Assembly (NCBI GenBank): GCA_964620935.1
Contig: CAZUHW010000004.1
Location: 14,362-78,361, forward strand
Length of the DNA: 64,000 nt
Source of the DNA: an uncultured Dehalococcoidales bacterium
GTDB taxonomy: Bacteria; Chloroflexota; Dehalococcoidia; Lucifugimonadales; Lucifugimonadaceae
Direction: 5' to 3'
A model generated the notes under the pieces. It made no database searches and was not told the origin of the DNA. It saw nothing but the letters and a program-made list of their open reading frames with translations. A program made the translations under genes and the position numbers. Below are positions 58,090 through 64,000 of the stretch, piece by piece (the first letter of the stretch is position 1; every line of letters begins with the position of its first letter).

Positions 58090-58965
58090 ATGATTATTCA
58101 AAATAGAAATAATAAAAGAAAAATACAAGAAACTTACGAAAATTTTCCCCTTTGGTCATCTTTTTATCTGACAAATTTAATGCCTGACCTATCTGCAATT
58201 TACCATTTCTGCAGAACAGTTGATGATATTGGGGATATGAAAAAAAATATTGCGATAAAACAACTAAAAGATTTAAAAAGTGACTTAGATGAATGTTTTA
58301 ACAAAAATTGCAACCGAAATGATAGATTGTTCCCATTAATGAATACAATAATAAAATTTAATCTCTCTAAAAAACCCTTCGAAAATCTTATAAAAGCCAA
58401 CGACATGGACATAAAATATAATAGATACGAAACATACAATGACCTTGTAAATTATTGTAAACTTTCAGCAAATCCTGTCGGGGAAATTGTTTTACAGATT
58501 TTTGGTCATAATTCCCCAAAGAATATTAATTTTTCTAATGAGATATGCACAGGGCTACAAATTGCTAATTTTCTGCAAGATGTAAAAAGAGATTCGGAGC
58601 TTGGAAGAATATACATTCCTATTGAAGACTTAAATAAATTTAATGTAAAAGAAAGTGAAATTATCAATCATATCTCAACTGATAATTACAACAAGTTAAT
58701 AGAATTTGAATCTAGAAGATGCTGGGATATGTTTAATAATGGAGTGCAATTAGTAAACCATTTAAAGGGCTATAAAAAAATACCAATTAGTTTATTTATT
58801 AGCAGCGGAAGAAAATTGTTAAGAAAAATACATGAAATTAATTATGAAACTCTTCAGTCAAGACCAGTGATTACAAAGTCTGAAAAATCAATATTAACTT
58901 TTAAGACAATAACTATGTACTTATTTGGCCTTAATCTAGCAAAGAAAAAAACATACCTTGAATAA
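58090..58965 (+). CDS. squalene/phytoene synthase family enzyme (HpnC/HpnD/CrtB-like)
   Basis: YHFCRTVDDIGD (first Asp-rich region), IANFLQDVKRDSELGRIYIP (second region); 291 aa. Confidence 0.8.
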   Translation: MIIQNRNNKRKIQETYENFPLWSSFYLTNLMPDLSAIYHFCRTVDDIGDMKKNIAIKQLKDLKSDLDECFNKNCNRNDRLFPLMNTIIKFNLSKKPFENLIKANDMDIKYNRYETYNDLVNYCKLSANPVGEIVLQIFGHNSPKNINFSNEICTGLQIANFLQDVKRDSELGRIYIPIEDLNKFNVKESEIINHISTDNYNKLIEFESRRCWDMFNNGVQLVNHLKGYKKIPISLFISSGRKLLRKIHEINYETLQSRPVITKSEKSILTFKTITMYLFGLNLAKKKTYLE

Positions 58966-60274
58966 AAATTCAAAAAAATATGATGTTGTTATTGTAGGAG
59001 GAGGAATATCTGGGCTATCTTCATTAGTTGCTCTCAACAAAAAAGGGTTAAAAGTTTTGCTTCTAGAGAAATCAGCTTTCCTGGGAGGAAGAGCTTTTTC
59101 ATTTGAAGATCAAAAAACAGGCGAAATAGTAGATAACGGACAGCATGTTATTGTAGGTGCTTGTACCGAGTTTCTTGATTTAATAAATGATATAGATTCT
59201 GAAAATAAAATAATTAAAATCAATAATTTTCAAGTTCCTGTAATTTATGGAGGGAAGACTTCATATCTTGGCTCTAAATATTTTAAATCAATCTTGGGCC
59301 TTTTCTTCTCATTAATAAGATATAAACATTTACACCTTATTGAAAAATATTACCTACTAATTACGTTGATAAAAATAAAATTTACAGATATAGATAATAC
59401 AAATTTTAAAGAAAAAAACTTTGGGGACTGGCTTAATAAGAACAAACAAAATTATAAATCAATCAAATGTTTCTGGGAATTAATTATAAAGCCTGCACTT
59501 AATGATAATTTAGAAGTTATCGAAACAAATGCGGCGCTATCTGTGATTAAAAGAAGTTTTTTTGGAAAAGATAAACTCTATCTTGGTTTGCCTAGCACAA
59601 ATTTATCTTTGTTTTGGAAATCCATTGAAAGAATTATAGAAGGTAGCTCATCAAGAATTTTTAAAAAAACAAATGTAGAAAGTTTCATTTCAATAGATAA
59701 AAAATTAGTTGGGGTTAAACTATCTAGCGGGGATATCATTAGGGCTGATAATTTCATAATATCTACATCCCAAAGTGCAGCAATAAAATTATTATCTGAT
59801 TCAAATATTAAAACCAATAGCATTCCTCTCGAAACAGCTCCAATTATTGGAATACACTTTTGGTTCAAAAAACCAGTTATTAAGGAAAGATATATAGCAT
59901 TAGCAGGTAGTAAAATTCAATGGATATTTAACGTTTCTAGGAACCATAATAAAAAAGATAACCATATAGTCATATCTCAAAGTGCAGCATGGGAATGGAT
60001 AGATAAAAATAAATCTTATTTAAAAAAATCGTTTCTGAATGAAATAATCTCATTATTTCCTCATATAAAACCTGATGATTTAAAAAAATATTGCATAGTA
60101 AAACAACCTAATGCAACCTTTAGATGTATTGATAATTCATCTAGCAAGAGGAATTTAAATACTCCATTTATTAATTTATTTTTTGCTGGAGACTGGACAG
60201 ACACTTCATGGCCATCAACTATGGAAAGTGCTGTAATTAGCGGAAGAAAAGCGGCTAAATTAATTACTAACTAA
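58958..60274 (+). CDS. FAD-dependent amine-oxidase-fold desaturase (HpnE-like)
   Basis: TTG start. YDVVIVGGGISGLS dinucleotide fold. The C-terminus FFAGDWTDTSWPSTMESAVISGRKAA resembles HpnE/amine-oxidase-type enzymes rather than the longer CrtI. Confidence 0.65.
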   Translation: MNKNSKKYDVVIVGGGISGLSSLVALNKKGLKVLLLEKSAFLGGRAFSFEDQKTGEIVDNGQHVIVGACTEFLDLINDIDSENKIIKINNFQVPVIYGGKTSYLGSKYFKSILGLFFSLIRYKHLHLIEKYYLLITLIKIKFTDIDNTNFKEKNFGDWLNKNKQNYKSIKCFWELIIKPALNDNLEVIETNAALSVIKRSFFGKDKLYLGLPSTNLSLFWKSIERIIEGSSSRIFKKTNVESFISIDKKLVGVKLSSGDIIRADNFIISTSQSAAIKLLSDSNIKTNSIPLETAPIIGIHFWFKKPVIKERYIALAGSKIQWIFNVSRNHNKKDNHIVISQSAAWEWIDKNKSYLKKSFLNEIISLFPHIKPDDLKKYCIVKQPNATFRCIDNSSSKRNLNTPFINLFFAGDWTDTSWPSTMESAVISGRKAAKLITN

Positions 60275-60669
60275 AAAATTCCTACTACGTCTTTCAATTC
60301 AAATGGACCTAATTTTCTGCTGTCTATTGAATCAATTCTATTGTCCCCCATCAAGAAAATTTCCTTATTTCCTAAGCTAATTTCTAAAGGAGAATATTCT
60401 GTTTCAATAAATTCATATTTTTCTACTAACTCCTTATTATTTATGCAAACTATATTATTATTCAGTTTTAAATTTTCATTAGGTAACCCAATTACCCTCT
60501 TGATGTAGCTCAATTTACCTAGATTTACTTTTACAATATCAAATCTACTAGGTGCATATTTAAAAAATATTTTTTTTAACAAAATTTCATCGCCTTCTAA
60601 TAATGAAGGGTTCATGCTATTTTCTATTATTAAGTTTTTTTGAAATATAATGCTTTTAAAAATATTCAT
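60271..60669 (-). CDS. sodX: S26-family NiSOD maturation endopeptidase SodX
   Basis: Catalytic Ser box NSMNPSL, Lys box YIKRVIGLP, and GDNRIDSIDSR. Short (132 aa) and divergent from sodN. Confidence 0.7.
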   Translation of the reverse strand: MNIFKSIIFQKNLIIENSMNPSLLEGDEILLKKIFFKYAPSRFDIVKVNLGKLSYIKRVIGLPNENLKLNNNIVCINNKELVEKYEFIETEYSPLEISLGNKEIFLMGDNRIDSIDSRKLGPFELKDVVGIF

Positions 60670-60676
60670 AAATTCC

Positions 60677-60690
60677 TTTACATTTGTAAA
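60677..60690. promoter_or_regulatory. palindrome TTTACA-TT-TGTAAA in the sodX/sodN divergent region
   Basis: Perfect 6-2-6 inverted repeat. TTTACA may double as a -35 hexamer, with ATAATT about 17 bp downstream. Confidence 0.35.
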
Positions 60691-60738
60691 AAATCTCAGA
60701 TAATTAAATTATAAATATCAACTCTAGGAGTAATTATT

Positions 60739-61170
60739 ATGATAAGTTCAAATAGAATTAAAAACTACCTCAAAAAATCTGATAAAGTTTATGCCCATTG
60801 CGATATTCCGTGTGGAATTTATGATCCCAATGATGCAATTCAAGCAGCTCAAACTGTTATAAGGATGACAGAACTACTTGAGGAATTAGACTTTTCATCA
60901 GGCCCTTCTCCTTCTCTTGGAAACTCTATGGCTAGATTTGTGAATGCAAAAGAAGTGCATGCTAAAAAAGCAAAGGATGACATATTGATTATATGGACAG
61001 ACTACTTTAAGCCAGAGCATTTAGAAAAATACCCTGATCTTCATGAAAAAGTTTGGAATGCTTGCAAACTAGGATCCTTTGTAAAAGTAAATGTCGACTT
61101 GGCTAAGGCAAAAGAATTCAAAGCCGCTCTAGAGGAAATTGGCGAAATCTTTTGGGAAACCAAAAAATAG
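60739..61170 (+). CDS. sodN: nickel superoxide dismutase precursor
   Basis: 19-aa propeptide followed by the Ni-hook HCDIPCGIYDP (HCxxPCGxY) starting at 60796. 143 aa, with a GGAG Shine-Dalgarno site. Confidence 0.9.
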   Translation: MISSNRIKNYLKKSDKVYAHCDIPCGIYDPNDAIQAAQTVIRMTELLEELDFSSGPSPSLGNSMARFVNAKEVHAKKAKDDILIIWTDYFKPEHLEKYPDLHEKVWNACKLGSFVKVNVDLAKAKEFKAALEEIGEIFWETKK

Positions 61171-61500
61171 TTAGAGTTTTTTATAATCTTCTCTTGGCGG
61201 AGAAAATATATCCAGAGCAAGTGAATTGGAATCATTTCCATGAGCACTATGGGGAACATTAGGAGGTATTAAGTAGTGATCACCTTCTTTCAATAGCCTT
61301 TCTTCGCCATCAACTATCAATTTAAATGAGCCAGATAAAACTCTACCTGCTTGCTCATTTGGGTGGGTATGAGTCGGAACTTCAGCGTGAGGAGATATAT
61401 CAACTAGCATCATCATTATTTTTTCTCCCCACATTATCCTAACTTTAATTCCAGGGTGAATCTCTTTAGGTTCTAGGTCATTTTGATCAAAAAAAGGCAT
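61171..61500 (-). CDS. cupin-domain protein
   Basis: 109 aa with HTHPNEQAG...GDHYLIPPNVPH, the two cupin motifs. Confidence 0.7.
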   Translation of the reverse strand: MPFFDQNDLEPKEIHPGIKVRIMWGEKIMMMLVDISPHAEVPTHTHPNEQAGRVLSGSFKLIVDGEERLLKEGDHYLIPPNVPHSAHGNDSNSLALDIFSPPREDYKKL

Positions 61501-63182
61501 TATCCGTGAGTTCCTAACTTTCTAGTAACAGCTGCATCTGCAACAGGGCTAGATATTTTTTTTACAATAGAATTAATCAATGAAATTTTATTTGAATTTA
61601 ACGACTTCTGAATTTCTTTTTTTAGATCTAATGGATTATCCACAATTACTCCATTGGCTCCAAAGCCTTTAGCAATAAGTTCATAATTTGTTTGATCTAA
61701 TTTTGTCCATACATCTCTATTATATAGCCCTTTCTGTATCCAATAGTCAATTCCCCACAAACTATTATTTCCAACAACAATTGTAACCGGCAAATCATGT
61801 CTTACTGATGTATCTAGTTCAGGGACATGAAAACCCAAAGAGCCGTCTCCAACCACTAAAACAACTTTCTTGTCTGGCAATGCAGCCTTGGCTCCTATTG
61901 CATAAGGAAGTCCAACACCAATCATCCCAAAACTACTCACATACATTGTTCTGAGATAATTTTCTATTGGGATAGTTGCTCTAGAATAATGACAATAATC
62001 TCCTCCATCAAAAACCACAAAGGTGTCTTCATCAATGCTTTCTCTAATCGCTTTGCTTATTTCCATGGGATGCATAGGAAGAGAATTGTCAGCCAAATTA
62101 TCCATCTCATTTAAGTAAGCTTTCTTTGTTTCTTTCAAAGATTTTACCCAATCTCTATTTTGCCATTCAAATTCTTCAGATTTACCAGATATTTTTTCTA
62201 CAAAAGATCCCACATCACTATTTATAGCTAGGCTAACTGTTCTTGGGCGATTAATTTGTGAAATTTCAGGATCAACAATTATTATTATTGCTTCCTTGCT
62301 AAATGGCGGAGAGCCTCCAAATCCTAATTGATAATCTAGCTTCACTCCAAGCAACAAAACTACATCACATTCATCTAATCTTTGAGCAGCTTTATTAAGA
62401 GGAATATACCCAATACCTAGAGAATTTGGATGAGAATCTCCCACCAAACCTCTTCCGGTGTCTACTCCCATAAATGGAATATTTGTATTAAGTAAAAATT
62501 TATCCAAGTCTTTTTCAGATACTGTAGCTCCAGCCCCAAGGCCAGCAATTATCATTGGCTTTTTTGCTTTACTTAATAAATTCAGGCATTTATTAACCTG
62601 TGTTGGATTAGGATATGTGAGCCAATTATCATTATCATCTAAAGAACTTTTCTTAAATCTTACAAAAACTTCTTCATCCACTTCAGCTTCCTGTAAGTCG
62701 TGAGGTATAGTCAAATGAACTGGGCCTCTACGCCCTTCCATTGCGGTTCTAAAGGCTAAAGATATATATTCAGGAATTCTTTCCACTGAAGGTATTTCCC
62801 AAGACCCTTTAGTCACAGGATTAGCAATACCTATTTGATCAAATTCTTGCATAGCTCCTCTACCAATATTTGAAGAATCTGCTGACCCTGCAATATTAAT
62901 AACAGGCGCCTCAGAATGCATAGCATTTGCAAGACCGGCCAGAGCATTTGCATGACCTGGTGTCGTAGACATAACGACTCCAGGTTTTCTTAAAATTCTG
63001 GAGTATGCATTAGCCATATGAACTGATGCTGCTTCATGCCTACCGTCTATCATCCTAAAATCTTGGTCAATAAGTTTATCTAGAAGATGAAGAATATGAT
63101 CACCAGCAATACCAAATATGGTATCAACACCATACATTTTAAGGCATTTAATTATTAAATCGCTTCCAGTAATTTTAGTCAT
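61500..63182 (-). CDS. thiamine-diphosphate-dependent enzyme (acetolactate synthase / oxalyl-CoA decarboxylase-like)
   Basis: N-terminal PYR domain (GVDTIFGIAGDH...RHEAASVHMANAY) and ThDP motif GDGSLGF...NN. Confidence 0.8.
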   Translation of the reverse strand: MTKITGSDLIIKCLKMYGVDTIFGIAGDHILHLLDKLIDQDFRMIDGRHEAASVHMANAYSRILRKPGVVMSTTPGHANALAGLANAMHSEAPVINIAGSADSSNIGRGAMQEFDQIGIANPVTKGSWEIPSVERIPEYISLAFRTAMEGRRGPVHLTIPHDLQEAEVDEEVFVRFKKSSLDDNDNWLTYPNPTQVNKCLNLLSKAKKPMIIAGLGAGATVSEKDLDKFLLNTNIPFMGVDTGRGLVGDSHPNSLGIGYIPLNKAAQRLDECDVVLLLGVKLDYQLGFGGSPPFSKEAIIIIVDPEISQINRPRTVSLAINSDVGSFVEKISGKSEEFEWQNRDWVKSLKETKKAYLNEMDNLADNSLPMHPMEISKAIRESIDEDTFVVFDGGDYCHYSRATIPIENYLRTMYVSSFGMIGVGLPYAIGAKAALPDKKVVLVVGDGSLGFHVPELDTSVRHDLPVTIVVGNNSLWGIDYWIQKGLYNRDVWTKLDQTNYELIAKGFGANGVIVDNPLDLKKEIQKSLNSNKISLINSIVKKISSPVADAAVTRKLGTHG

Positions 63183-63904
63183 TACAATATTTCCCTTATC
63201 AACATTAAGAAACCCATTATAAATAATAAAATATAAAGTGTCTTTAATATAAATGAATTTGAGTATTTATTTACATGTTTTGAACCAAAATACGATCCTA
63301 TAAAGCCCGAAATAGCTAGAGGTAAAAATAATATAAAATTAAAATGACTATTCCCAGAAAACCCAGAAGTAACTAAATGTCCCATAAAAGCAAAAACTGT
63401 GAACATTAGATTAATATATGAATTTGTTGCTGATGCAGATTTAGCATCAGCCCTTAGATAATTTACCATTACCGGATACCTCAATGCTCCCAAAACCATT
63501 CCCACTGCTCCGCCTAATGCTCCAATAATCAAATTTAATAAAGATGCAACCACACTCTTTAGAAAGGGGATTTTTTTAGTGATTATTTTTTTAGAAGGAA
63601 AATGCACAGCTTTAAAAATTAAAAAACCTGACAAAAATATTAATATAGTTACACTCCATAGCAGGAAATCTTGAGAAAGTGCTTCGCTTAATAATCCTCC
63701 GAAAAATGGTCCTATAATAGCTCCTGAAATAAGAAACATAATGCCCATTCTTAAGTCTATCCTTTTGCTTCTAAAATTGTTCCAAACCGTAGGAATCATC
63801 ATAGAAAAACTTATTGCTAGATTTGTTCCAAATGCCACCAATGCTTCAACTCCAAATACCAACATAAAGAATACCCTAATTGGACCCAAAGGCATTCCTA
63901 CCAA
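63182..63904 (-). CDS. TauE/SafE-family anion (sulfite-type) exporter
   Basis: Polytopic membrane protein with two GxxxG-rich halves. The frame stays open upstream to about 63988, so the real start is probably beyond 63904. Confidence 0.7.
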   Translation of the reverse strand: MVGMPLGPIRVFFMLVFGVEALVAFGTNLAISFSMMIPTVWNNFRSKRIDLRMGIMFLISGAIIGPFFGGLLSEALSQDFLLWSVTILIFLSGFLIFKAVHFPSKKIITKKIPFLKSVVASLLNLIIGALGGAVGMVLGALRYPVMVNYLRADAKSASATNSYINLMFTVFAFMGHLVTSGFSGNSHFNFILFLPLAISGFIGSYFGSKHVNKYSNSFILKTLYILLFIMGFLMLIREIL

Positions 63905-64000
63905 TCCAGCAAAATATCCAGAGACTAAAAGACAAAAGGATAAAAAAATAAAATTTATTATACTTATTTCGATCAGGTTTCTAGCCTTTCAATTATCCTA

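Overview
AT-rich (about 30% G+C by eye), very densely packed bacterial chromosome segment. I call about 66 protein genes, one tRNA-Ala and no rRNA, CRISPR array or recognisable mobile element. All product calls rest on motif recognition, since no database search was possible.

Most of the window is housekeeping:
- secDF-def, and trmD-rplS
- a stripped-down division cluster, rsmH-ftsA-ftsZ
- an nrdR-nrdJ operon with NrdR boxes
- proC-yggT, birA, pstCA
- sufBCDSU, gatB, yvcK-secG, cysS, ispDF, clpC
- an isoprenoid/squalene-like cluster, and a sodX-sodN nickel superoxide dismutase pair

A catabolic block is interleaved with these. It holds NAD-formate dehydrogenase, an MlrC-like peptidase, a Baeyer-Villiger monooxygenase, an SDR, a luciferase-like monooxygenase, an enolase-superfamily enzyme, a sulfatase and an HpcH aldolase.

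The gene content (ClpC, SufU, NrdR-NrdJ, NiSOD, no mur genes beside ftsZ, many flavin/enolase oxidoreductases) suggests a streamlined marine monoderm-type lineage, possibly Chloroflexota/SAR202-like. That is inference only.

The standout is the largest non-coding gap, 38867-39420. It contains two base-for-base identical tandem units with a 217-bp period. Each unit has a near-consensus promoter (TTGACA-17-TAATAT), about 125 nt of purine- and G+C-enriched structured RNA, and a strong intrinsic terminator. The units sit directly upstream of an orphan ParB/Srx-like gene. The RNA has terminator/antiterminator-style alternative pairing, and I cannot assign it to any RNA family I know.
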